From Chthonomonadales bacterium (lineage in GTDB: Bacteria > Armatimonadota > Chthonomonadetes > Chthonomonadales > CAJBBX01), in NCBI GenBank assembly GCA_049967475.1, contig JBMFSQ010000045.1, forward strand, positions 1 through 17,570: DNA of 17,570 bases. Direction: 5' to 3'. Shown here piece after piece: positions 1 to 7,654 of this stretch. The notes beneath the pieces are model-generated. The model did no database searches. It saw nothing but the letters and a program-made list of their open reading frames with translations, and was not told the origin of the DNA. The position numbers and the translations under genes were made by a program. Position 1 is the stretch's first letter. Every line of letters begins with the position of its first letter.

Positions 1-15
1 CCTGCACATCCCGAT

Positions 16-44
16 TTGACACTTCATTCCGAACGTGCCATACT
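16..44 (+). promoter_or_regulatory. Sigma70-type promoter for panD
   Basis: TTGACA (16-21), 17-nt spacer, then TGc-CATACT (extended -10, hexamer 39-44). Predicted start is near 50-51. Confidence 0.75.
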
Positions 45-50
45 ATTAAG

Positions 51-85
51 CGCCTCCTTCCAGCGCCGACTGCTGACAGGGGGCG
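51..85 (+). promoter_or_regulatory. 5' leader hairpin covering the panD Shine-Dalgarno sequence
   Basis: CGCCTCCT (51-58) pairs with AGGGGGCG (78-85); CAGC (61-64) pairs with GCTG (72-75). The SD-like AGGGGG is in the 3' arm and the ATG is at 95. Confidence 0.5.
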
Positions 86-94
86 GTCTGCTCC

Positions 95-472
95 ATGCGT
101 CTGCTTACCCTTCTGAAGAGTAAAATCCACCGGGCTACCGTTACCCAGGCCAATCTGGATTACGTAGGCTCCATCACGATTGACCGGGACCTGATGGACC
201 GCGTGGAGCTGCAAGCCGGAGAACTCGTCCACGTATGGGATGTGGATAACGGCCAGCGGTTCGAAACGTACGTGCTTGCCGGCGAGCGCGGAAGCGGGGT
301 CATCTGCGTCAACGGAGCGGCGGCCCACCGCGTTAAGGTGGGCGACAAAGTGATCATCACTGCATTCGTGTTGGCAGATGAGCCGGTTCAGCCGCGCATG
401 ATTTTGGTAGACGACCGGAACCGCTTCGTGGACTGGATTTCTTTGGACGTGCAGGGCGAGGCGGCTTCATAG
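95..472 (+). CDS. panD: Aspartate 1-decarboxylase (pyruvoyl-dependent)
   Basis: Typical N-terminus [21 protein letters not shown] with the Gly-Ser autocleavage site, plus NGQRFETY and [10 protein letters not shown] motifs; 125 aa. Confidence 0.97.
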   Translation: MRLLTLLKSKIHRATVTQANLDYVGSITIDRDLMDRVELQAGELVHVWDVDNGQRFETYVLAGERGSGVICVNGAAAHRVKVGDKVIITAFVLADEPVQPRMILVDDRNRFVDWISLDVQGEAAS

Positions 473-586
473 CTCGGTGCTGGATGCGGGAGGTTCGATA
501 TCGCATTGGTTGCTGCGCAGGTTCAAGGGATAAGGGAAGAAAAAGCGTCGCCGCACAACAACGAAGCTCAGGCGAGGAGAAGGCGA

Positions 587-1165
587 ATGGAATCGCTGCG
601 GGTACTGATTGCCGAAGACGAGGCGCTCACGCGGACCATTCTGCGCGCCAGGCTTGAGAAGCTGGGCCATAAGGTGGTGGCGGAGGCAGATAACGGCGCA
701 ACTGCCGTGGAGCTTGCCCGCACTACCGCACCCGACGTGTGCATCCTGGATATCCGCATGCCGGAGATGGACGGCATCGAAGCAGCCCGCCAGATCATCA
801 ATCACGCGCCGTGCGCCATCCTCTTTCTCACGGCGTACAGCGAGGACACCCTGGTAGAACAGGCGGGCGAAGTGGGCGCCATCGCCTACCTCATGAAGCC
901 CTTCCGCAAGGAGGATCTCGGACCTGCAGTGGCGATTGCCGTGGCGCGCTTCCGCCAGATCCAAGGCCAGCAAACCGAGATCGAGAACCTCAAGGAAGCC
1001 CTGGAAACCCGCAAACTCATCGAGCGGGCTAAGGGCATTCTCATGGACCGCCACGGCCTCACGGAAGACGAAGCGTTCAAACGCATTCACTTTCAGGCCC
1101 GCAACCAGAACAAAAAGATGAAAGAGATCGCCCAGTCCATCATCACTGCGGCGGATCTGATCTAA
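587..1165 (+). CDS. Response regulator with receiver and ANTAR RNA-binding domains (AmiR/NasT/PdtaR-like)
   Basis: Receiver motifs VLIAEDE, ILDIRMP, FLTAY and YLMKPF; ANTAR motif ETRKLIERAKGILM..HGLTEDEAF. Start moved from 506 to ATG 587, which follows GAGGAGAAGG. Confidence 0.93.
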   Translation: MESLRVLIAEDEALTRTILRARLEKLGHKVVAEADNGATAVELARTTAPDVCILDIRMPEMDGIEAARQIINHAPCAILFLTAYSEDTLVEQAGEVGAIAYLMKPFRKEDLGPAVAIAVARFRQIQGQQTEIENLKEALETRKLIERAKGILMDRHGLTEDEAFKRIHFQARNQNKKMKEIAQSIITAADLI

Positions 1166-1207
1166 ATCTCCGGAGCCTGCGGGTTCCTGACCGGGCTTCG
1201 CATTCCT

Positions 1208-2032
1208 GTGATGCTCCCGTATCGCCTGGCCGCCATAGACCTGGATGGCACCCTTTTGGGGCCGGATCACCGCATCTCGCCTCGCAACGCCTGCGCCGTC
1301 CGGGCCCTTATGGAGGCTGGAGTTACCTGTGTCATCGCCTCGGGGCGGATGCATCAGGCTACCGTGCGCTTTGCAGAGGAGCTGGGCATCACAGGGCCCA
1401 TCATCTCTTACAACGGAGCCATGGTTCGTGACGTACGCACCCGCGAAGTGTGGCACCACCTGCGCGTGCCTGCCGCTCCGGCGGCTGAGGTGATCCGTTT
1501 CTGCGCGGAGCATGGATACCATCTCAACTACTATCTGAACGACCACCTGTACGTTGCGGAGCGGGGACCTTGGGCGGAATTCTACGTGCGGCAGACCGGG
1601 TCGCCTATGGAAGTGATTGGCGACCTGCTGCCGCTGCAGGGTACCGAACCCACGAAGATGATCCTGATTGACGCCCCTCCCACAATCGAACGCCTGTTGG
1701 GCCTGTTCCGCCAGCGCTTTGGCGACACGTTGTACATCACCCGCACCAACCCTGAATACCTCGAGTTCATGAACCCCCGGTCCGACAAGGGAACAGCTCT
1801 TGCGCTGGTGGCTTCCCGTTTAGGGGTGGTGCGCGAAGAGACGATGGCATTCGGAGACGGCGAGAACGACATCCCTATGATCCGATGGGCCGGCCTCGGA
1901 GTGGCTATGGCGGATGCAGGAGCTTCGGTGCGCGCGGCCGCCGATGCCGTAGCGCCCGCCCACGATGAGGACGGTTTGGGGCAGTTTATTGAAGCGCTCC
2001 TGGCCGGATCGGCGGCAGCAGCGGATCGCTGA
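1208..2032 (+). CDS. Cof-type HAD-IIB family hydrolase/phosphatase
   Basis: Motifs AIDLDGTLL, IASGR, ISYNGA, DKGTAL and AFGDGENDIPM. Start is GTG 1208 or ATG 1211. Confidence 0.93.
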   Translation: MMLPYRLAAIDLDGTLLGPDHRISPRNACAVRALMEAGVTCVIASGRMHQATVRFAEELGITGPIISYNGAMVRDVRTREVWHHLRVPAAPAAEVIRFCAEHGYHLNYYLNDHLYVAERGPWAEFYVRQTGSPMEVIGDLLPLQGTEPTKMILIDAPPTIERLLGLFRQRFGDTLYITRTNPEYLEFMNPRSDKGTALALVASRLGVVREETMAFGDGENDIPMIRWAGLGVAMADAGASVRAAADAVAPAHDEDGLGQFIEALLAGSAAAADR

Positions 2033-2053
2033 CACGTTTTTTTGCCGGTTCGG

Positions 2054-2081
2054 TGGAACGATCGCATCCATTTGGCGTATA
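2054..2081 (+). promoter_or_regulatory. Putative ECF sigma-factor promoter
   Basis: TGGAAC (2054-2059), 16-nt spacer, CGTATA (2076-2081). This resembles the B. subtilis SigW consensus TGAAAC-N16-CGTA and lies just upstream of SD GGAGGT (2095-2100). Confidence 0.5.
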
Positions 2082-2103
2082 GAGAGGTGAGGTAGGAGGT
2101 ACG

Positions 2104-3210
2104 ATGATGAGAACCACCCTGATTGGCCGCTTCGGAGCCGCAACGTTCCTGGCAGCCTCTACTTTGATGATGGGGACAACCGCTCCGGCTGCGGCCTATG
2201 GTCGGCGCGAGGTGTTGCCCGTAGGCACCGTGATCCCCGTAAGGCTGGACACACCGCTTAGCAGCAAGCACAGCAGACCTGGGGACCGCTTCCGCGCAAC
2301 GGTGCGGTATGGGCAGGATGACGGAGGGCTTCCCGAGGGAACGCGCATCGAAGGCGTTGTTCGCGAGGCCTGGCCGTCGCATGACGGCAAACCCGGCATT
2401 TTGGACCTGGATTTTCGGCGCATCGTGTTTCCGCGGGGAGAAGCCCGGGCATTGGATGCGAGCCTGATCTCCCTGGATGCCAGGTCGGTGAAGAGGAGCC
2501 CTAGCGGCCGCCTCATCGCCACGGTGGACCGGAGCAAGGATCGGCTGAAGTTCGTAGGCATCGGTGCTGGAGCTGGGCTGGTGATCGCCGCTTTGGCCAA
2601 GCAGAACACCATTGCCAGCGTGCTTCTGGGCGCCGGAGCCGGATACCTTTACAACGAGCTCGCCAACAAGAAACCGGGTGATGTAGTGCTCAAACCAGGC
2701 ACGGAATTCGGCGTGCGCCTGGATCGGCAACTGGTCTTCTATACGGACCGCCCCCTGCCGGCATCCTACCGTGAAGCGCCTGTGGACCGGAATTCTCTGG
2801 ATCGGCCGGCCCTCCCTACGGACAGCAAAGTACGCGCGAGTGACGGTTCGGGCGACATCGGGGTGCTCATTGACGACCGCGACGTTCCATTCGACGCCGT
2901 AAAGCCTTTCATCCGCAATGGAGTGGTTCTGGTGCCTTTGGAGCCGATGGCACAGGCAGGTTACTTGGATTACAGCTACGATGCTTCCACCCGCGTAATC
3001 AGCGTGCGGCGTGCGAACCTTCGTCTGGCAGTGGGCAGCAGGGTGGCCATCATGGGAGGCCGCCGGTACGGAGTGGATGCAGCTCCCGTAGTGCGCGAGG
3101 GCCAGGTTTTCGTTCCCATGAAGTTTTTGGGATTGGCGCTGAACGCCTCGGTATACTGGGACGATCCTAGCCGCACTGTAGTCATTACTACCCGGGAGGG
3201 CGCTCACTGA
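2104..3210 (+). CDS. Secreted protein: TrbI/VirB10-like beta domain with glycine-zipper insert, plus C-terminal copper amine oxidase N-terminal (stalk) domain
   Basis: Signal peptide ending near PAAA. N-domain LPVGTVIPVRLDTPLSS...GDRFRATV...LPEGTRIEGVV, hydrophobic GIGAGAG...LLGAGAG, then DVVLKPGTEFGVRL. C-domain KPFIRNGVVLVPL...PVVREGQVFVPMKF...VYWD. The start may be ATG 2107. Confidence 0.7.
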   Translation: MMRTTLIGRFGAATFLAASTLMMGTTAPAAAYGRREVLPVGTVIPVRLDTPLSSKHSRPGDRFRATVRYGQDDGGLPEGTRIEGVVREAWPSHDGKPGILDLDFRRIVFPRGEARALDASLISLDARSVKRSPSGRLIATVDRSKDRLKFVGIGAGAGLVIAALAKQNTIASVLLGAGAGYLYNELANKKPGDVVLKPGTEFGVRLDRQLVFYTDRPLPASYREAPVDRNSLDRPALPTDSKVRASDGSGDIGVLIDDRDVPFDAVKPFIRNGVVLVPLEPMAQAGYLDYSYDASTRVISVRRANLRLAVGSRVAIMGGRRYGVDAAPVVREGQVFVPMKFLGLALNASVYWDDPSRTVVITTREGAH

Positions 3211-3243
3211 AGGCATAGGTCGCTGTGCATCGGCATACGGCGA

Positions 3244-3312
3244 GAAGTGCTGCGCCAGGCGCCGGCATCCCGATGGGGTACATCGGGAACCGGTCCTGGC
3301 GCCGCTTTTGTT
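3244..3312 (+). terminator. Long imperfect hairpin with T-rich tail, probable terminator
   Basis: GCGCCAGG/CCTGGCGC, CCGG/CCGG and TCCCGATG/CATCGGGA stems around a GGGTA loop, followed by CGCTTTTGTT. Confidence 0.55.
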
Positions 3313-3336
3313 AAGGCAGCGGGTTCAGGCGGCGGG

Positions 3337-3354
3337 TATAATCTCGCCGGAGGG
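3337..3354 (+). promoter_or_regulatory. -10 element and SD for hisD
   Basis: Perfect TATAAT (3337-3342) and GGAGGG (3349-3354) before GTG 3363. No clear -35 element. Confidence 0.45.
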
Positions 3355-3362
3355 AACCGAGC

Positions 3363-4664
3363 GTGCGCGTAGTGAGAGTTGCGGGCGATGGGTGGCCTGC
3401 GGCGCAGAGGGCCGTGAAGCGTTCCATTGCCGATGTCCCAGCGAGCCTTGTGGACACGGTGCGCGCGATTATCGCCGACGTGCGCCGGCGCGGAGATAAC
3501 GCCTTGCTGGAGCTGGGGCGGCGCTTCGATGCACCCGGTCTCGCCCAGTTGGAAGTGGGGGAGCCGGAATGGGATGAAGCATGCGCTGCTTTGCCCCCTG
3601 GCGACAGGGAAGTTATGGATCGCGCCGCCGCTTCCATTGAACGGTTTCACCGCAATCAGGTGCGCACCGGGTGGTTTCAGGCGGAGGGTGGGGCTCTTGT
3701 GGGGCAGATGGTGACGCCCCTGGAGCGTGTGGGGATCTATGTGCCCGGTGGAAGGGCAGCCTACCCGAGTTCCGTTCTCATGACGGCGATCCCGGCTGCC
3801 GTGGCGGGGGTGCGTGAGATTGTGGTCTGTACACCCGCTCGCCAGGATGGCACACTCCCGCCAACTGTGCTCTACGCTGCCAGGGCGGCAGGAGTGTGTC
3901 GAGTGTTCAAGATCGGCGGCGCTCAGGCCGTGGCAGCTATGGCTTTTGGCACTCAAAGCGTACCGGCCGTAGACAAGGTGGTGGGCCCCGGCAACCTCTA
4001 TGTGAACCTCGCCAAGAAGGAACTGTGGGGTTTGGTGGATATGGATATGCTGGCCGGACCCAGCGAAGTGTGCATCGTGGCCGACGAGAGCGCCCGGCCG
4101 GCCTTTGTTGCCGCCGATCTCCTCACGCAGGTGGAGCACGACCCGGATTGCGCAGCCTTCCTGTTCACTCCGTCGGAGAGTTTGCTGAAAGAAGCCCTAG
4201 TGCAGATGGAGCTTCAGATGGAAGGGCTTCCTCGCCGCGAGATCCTGCGCCAGGCGATGGAGGCCAACGGGGTTGCCGTAGTAACGGATACGCTGGAGGA
4301 AGCCGTGGAGTTGGCCAACCTTTGCGCACCGGAGCACTTGGCCCTTATGGTGCGCGATCCGTTGCACCTTTTGGGTTTCATCCGCAATGCGGGGGCCGTG
4401 CTGCTTGGCGATTATTCGCCGCAAACACTGGGAGATTACTTCGCCGGACCCAGCCATACATTGCCCACCGGGGGTACGGCGCGCTTCGCTTCACCCCTGA
4501 ACGTGGACACCTTTGTGAAAAAGACCAGCGTCATCGCGTATTCTGCGCAGGCTCTCGCCGGGTGTGCAGAGAACCTGACCCACTTCGCTCGCCTGGAGGG
4601 CTTCGAGGCCCACGCCCGGGCCGTGGAGCATCGGCAAGGAGGCGCAGAGCCTCGGGACATTTGA
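3363..4664 (+). CDS. hisD: Histidinol dehydrogenase
   Basis: Motifs PLERVGIYVPGGRAAYPSSVLM, GGAQAVAAMAFGT, VGPGNLYV, AGPSEV, APEHL and GDYFAGPSHTLPT; 433 aa. Confidence 0.97.
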   Translation: MRVVRVAGDGWPAAQRAVKRSIADVPASLVDTVRAIIADVRRRGDNALLELGRRFDAPGLAQLEVGEPEWDEACAALPPGDREVMDRAAASIERFHRNQVRTGWFQAEGGALVGQMVTPLERVGIYVPGGRAAYPSSVLMTAIPAAVAGVREIVVCTPARQDGTLPPTVLYAARAAGVCRVFKIGGAQAVAAMAFGTQSVPAVDKVVGPGNLYVNLAKKELWGLVDMDMLAGPSEVCIVADESARPAFVAADLLTQVEHDPDCAAFLFTPSESLLKEALVQMELQMEGLPRREILRQAMEANGVAVVTDTLEEAVELANLCAPEHLALMVRDPLHLLGFIRNAGAVLLGDYSPQTLGDYFAGPSHTLPTGGTARFASPLNVDTFVKKTSVIAYSAQALAGCAENLTHFARLEGFEAHARAVEHRQGGAEPRDI

Positions 4665-4673
4665 GGAGGAGCC

Positions 4674-5276
4674 ATGCCTGAGCAAGAAGGGGAACGGCAG
4701 GGGGCCTGTCACAGGAAGACGAACGAAACGGATGTTCATGTGGAGCTCATCTTGGATGGTGGCGGAGACGGCACGATCCGGACCGGAGTCGGCTTTTTGG
4801 ACCACATGCTCACGCACGTGTCTAAGCATGGCCGCATCAACCTCGCGGTGTCGGCTGCGGGCGATCTCCATGTGGACGAACACCATACCGTGGAGGATGT
4901 GGGCATCGCGCTTGGGCAGGCCTTGGACGAGGCTTTGGCAGACCGCTCAGGCATCGAGCGCTACGGTTGGGCCGTAGTTCCCATGGATGAGGCGCTGGTG
5001 CTTTGCAGCATAGACATCAGCGGCCGCGGAATGTGTGTGTACGACGCAGACGTGACTGCCGAGCGCGTGGGGAGCATGGCGACTGAAATGGTGCCCGAGT
5101 TCTTTCGCGCGGTGGCGATGCACGCACGAATGACGGTGCATATTCGCAAACTTAGCGGATCCAACGCCCATCACGTTGTGGAAGCGGCGTTCAAAGCCTT
5201 CGGACGGGCACTGGCCGCTGCCGCAGCCCGCAGGCCCGGCACTTCGGGCATCCCTTCCACAAAAGGAGTGCTCTAG
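4674..5276 (+). CDS. hisB: Imidazoleglycerol-phosphate dehydratase
   Basis: Motifs RKTNET, GFLDHML, GDLHVDEHHTVED, PMDEAL, NAHHVVEAAFKA and IPSTKGVL; SD GAGGAGG. Confidence 0.97.
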   Translation: MPEQEGERQGACHRKTNETDVHVELILDGGGDGTIRTGVGFLDHMLTHVSKHGRINLAVSAAGDLHVDEHHTVEDVGIALGQALDEALADRSGIERYGWAVVPMDEALVLCSIDISGRGMCVYDADVTAERVGSMATEMVPEFFRAVAMHARMTVHIRKLSGSNAHHVVEAAFKAFGRALAAAAARRPGTSGIPSTKGVL

Positions 5277-5302
5277 AGAACAAACCCACGGGAGGTCGGA
5301 GG

Positions 5303-5887
5303 GTGGAGACCTCGTACGGAGGGGATGCAGTCCCATCCGCAGCCCATTCACCGGCGTCGGGAGCATGGGTTTGCACGTATCGTCCCGCGCTGTCGGTGCG
5401 GTGGCTGGCCTGGGTTTGTGCGGCTGGATGTTGCATGGCTGCGATGCGCCTTCTGACGGCAAGGGGGGATTTGGGAGTACGGGCCGCTTTGGCGTGCATT
5501 CTTTTGGCGCCGCTGGTGTGGGCAACGGCTGCGCATCGCAGGCGCATCGTTGTGCGCGAGGGAGGAATGGCGGATCTGCATCTATTCGGCTCCCGTTGGG
5601 TACCTTGGGAGGCAATCCTTTGCGTAGACGTGCGGCGGCGCGGAGTGGTAATCCGCACCTCCACCGGCTGCGTGGCAACGGGATGGATCGGCGCGAGAGA
5701 GGAACTCTGCCGTCAACTAGTGGATCGAGCAGGGCTCAAGCGTGCCTGGGGTGGGTTGCCGGGAGGAGTGCTGGCACGATACCTGCCTGCGGGAGCATTC
5801 CGGGATGGCGATTTCCTTCCCCACAATCTGCGCTCACGGCGGAACCCGCCCACTGAGGCAAGTGGCGAGGACGGGCGCGTAGTATGA
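5303..5887 (+). CDS. Hypothetical membrane protein, two hydrophobic helices followed by a bacterial PH-like domain
   Basis: Fills the hisB-hisH gap in operon orientation with GGAGG upstream; its stop overlaps the hisH start (ATGA 5884-5887). Two hydrophobic segments precede RIVVREGG...FGSRWVPWEAI, a pattern typical of bPH domains. Confidence 0.6.
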   Translation: METSYGGDAVPSAAHSPASGAWVCTYRPALSVRWLAWVCAAGCCMAAMRLLTARGDLGVRAALACILLAPLVWATAAHRRRIVVREGGMADLHLFGSRWVPWEAILCVDVRRRGVVIRTSTGCVATGWIGAREELCRQLVDRAGLKRAWGGLPGGVLARYLPAGAFRDGDFLPHNLRSRRNPPTEASGEDGRVV

Positions 5888-6513
5888 TCGCAGTTCTGGA
5901 TTACGGGGCGGGCAACCTGGGGAGCGTTTACAAGGCGCTGCGCTACGTAGGCGCGGAGGTGCAGTTGACGCAAGACGCAGATCAGGCACTTCGCGCCGAC
6001 GCGTTGGTTCTTCCGGGCGTGGGAGCCTTCGGTCAATGTGTGGCCGGCTTGGCGGCCGCGGGATTGAGCGACGCTGTGAAGGAGTTCATCGCTTCGGGCA
6101 GGCCGTTCCTGGGCATCTGTTTGGGACTGCAGATGCTCTTCGACGAGAGCGAAGAGATGGGCCCGGTTCCTGGTCTGGGCATTTTGCGCGGCCGGGTGGT
6201 GCGGTTTCGCTTCGAGGATGCTGGGAAGCAGGAGCCAGGGCTCAAGGTGCCCCATATCGGATGGAATGCCCTCTCGTTTCGGGAGGATGCCGTGCTCTTT
6301 CGGGGGCTCAACCAGGGCGACCGCGTGTACTTCGTGCATTCTTACTATCCGGAACCGGAGGATCCGGCCGTGGTGTCGGCAACGACGGAGTATGGCCTCC
6401 GTTTCTGTTGCGCCGTGGAGTGGCAAAACGTGCACGCAACGCAGTTCCATCCCGAAAAGAGCGGAGCGGTAGGGCTCACCATTTTGCGAAACTTTGTGAG
6501 CCTGCTTTCGTAA
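5884..6513 (+). CDS. hisH: Imidazole glycerol phosphate synthase, glutamine amidotransferase subunit
   Basis: Motifs IAVLDYGAGNLGSV, LPGVGAF, GICLGLQ (catalytic Cys), VPHIGWN, YFVHSY and QFHPEKS. Confidence 0.97.
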   Translation: MIAVLDYGAGNLGSVYKALRYVGAEVQLTQDADQALRADALVLPGVGAFGQCVAGLAAAGLSDAVKEFIASGRPFLGICLGLQMLFDESEEMGPVPGLGILRGRVVRFRFEDAGKQEPGLKVPHIGWNALSFREDAVLFRGLNQGDRVYFVHSYYPEPEDPAVVSATTEYGLRFCCAVEWQNVHATQFHPEKSGAVGLTILRNFVSLLS

Positions 6514-6583
6514 TCCATAAGGAAGCGCGGTCATTGCATTCAGGATGCGGTAATGGTTCGGTATTCGCAACTGGAGGACGGGA

Positions 6584-7318
6584 GTGCTGGTAATCCCTGC
6601 CATTGACATCAAGGGCGGCAAATGCGTGCGGTTGAGGCAGGGGCAGTTCACCCTCGTGGAGACCTACTCCGAAGATCCCGTGGCCTATGCGTTGCGGTGG
6701 CAGAGGCTCGGAGCCCAACGACTGCATGTAGTGGATCTGGACGGAGCGCGCGTAGGGATGCCGCAGAACACGGATGTGGTTCGGCGCATCGTTCGATCGG
6801 TGAGCATACCGGTTCAGGTAGGCGGGGGGATCCGTAATGCCGAGGTGGTTGAGCGGCTACTCCGGATCGGTGCGGACCGGGTGGTGCTCGGGACCGCCGT
6901 GGCCGGGGACGATGAAGCTGCCCGGGCAATCCTGATGCCCTATGGGGATCGCGTGATTGTCGGGGTGGATGCTAAGGATGGGCGCGTGGCGGTGTCCGGC
7001 TGGCTGCAGCGACTGGATGAAAGCGCCGAGGAATTCGTGGTACGGTTGGAGAGGTTGGGTGCCCGGCGTTTCATCTATACGGACATCAGCAGGGACGGCA
7101 TGCTCGGCGGGCCGAACATCGAAGGGCTGCGCCGCATCCTTCGTTTGGTGCGCGTTCCGGTGATTGCCTCCGGGGGCGTTGCGTCGGTGGAGGATGTGCG
7201 GGCTCTAGCAGGAGTGGGGGAACCGAATCTAGAAGGGGTGATTATCGGCAAGGCCCTCTACGCGGGGGCGCTGGATCTGGCCGAGGCAATCGCGGCGGCG
7301 GAGGGTACGTCGGTGTGA
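6584..7318 (+). CDS. hisA: ProFAR isomerase
   Basis: Motifs IPAIDIKGGKCVRLRQG, LHVVDLDGA, QVGGGIR, YTDISRDGML.GPN, IASGGV and IIGKALY; GTG start with GGAGG. Confidence 0.97.
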   Translation: MLVIPAIDIKGGKCVRLRQGQFTLVETYSEDPVAYALRWQRLGAQRLHVVDLDGARVGMPQNTDVVRRIVRSVSIPVQVGGGIRNAEVVERLLRIGADRVVLGTAVAGDDEAARAILMPYGDRVIVGVDAKDGRVAVSGWLQRLDESAEEFVVRLERLGARRFIYTDISRDGMLGGPNIEGLRRILRLVRVPVIASGGVASVEDVRALAGVGEPNLEGVIIGKALYAGALDLAEAIAAAEGTSV

Positions 7319-7635
7319 ATACCGTGGATGTGTTCATTTTGGTGTTCGGCGGCCTTGGTGCCATGACGCTTCTGATCCCCTTCTATGCCATTTGGACGGC
7401 GCACCGGAGAGCGATCGAGGAGATCCGTGCTCGGGCGCGGGCTCAGGCAGAAGAGGCGACACGGCAGGCCGTGCAGGAGCTTCGTGACGAATTTACGGCC
7501 TTGAGGGACACGGCCACGCAGTACGATCTGAGCTTCGACACGGCCCTCAAGCGGTTGGAGAGCCGGGTAGCAGCGCTGGAACAGCGGATTGCAGAGCAGG
7601 CGGGTCAGCCGATATCCCCTGGGCGCCTGTTGTGA
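7315..7635 (+). CDS. Small membrane-anchored coiled-coil protein (PspB-like architecture), paralog 1
   Basis: GTGA overlap with the hisA stop. N-terminal hydrophobic helix ending IPFYAIWTAH, then heptad region LRDTATQYDLSFDTALKRLESRVAALEQ. Confidence 0.75.
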   Translation: MNTVDVFILVFGGLGAMTLLIPFYAIWTAHRRAIEEIRARARAQAEEATRQAVQELRDEFTALRDTATQYDLSFDTALKRLESRVAALEQRIAEQAGQPISPGRLL

Positions 7636-7654
7636 GGGTGAGGAGGCCTGGGCG

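Noticed and set aside
540..586. ANTAR-binding RNA motif upstream of the ANTAR gene (C-AACGAA-G)
   Set aside because: The loop has A1 and G4 but only one closing pair, with no second hexaloop hairpin or overlapping terminator.
467..3216. Long minus-strand ORFs 467..1546 and 1582..3216, and similar shadow ORFs elsewhere
   Set aside because: They lie antisense to well-supported genes and have no recognisable motifs; such ORFs are expected in high-GC coding DNA.
3225..3314. 29-codon ORF beginning GTG-His-Arg-His upstream of hisD as a histidine attenuator leader
   Set aside because: It has only two non-adjacent His codons and a poor SD, and the TATAAT for hisD lies downstream of the hairpin, so the geometry does not fit attenuation.
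6514..6583. Hairpin or internal promoter between hisH and hisA
   Set aside because: The stem is weak and G-U rich with no U-tail, and TTGCAT has no properly spaced -10.
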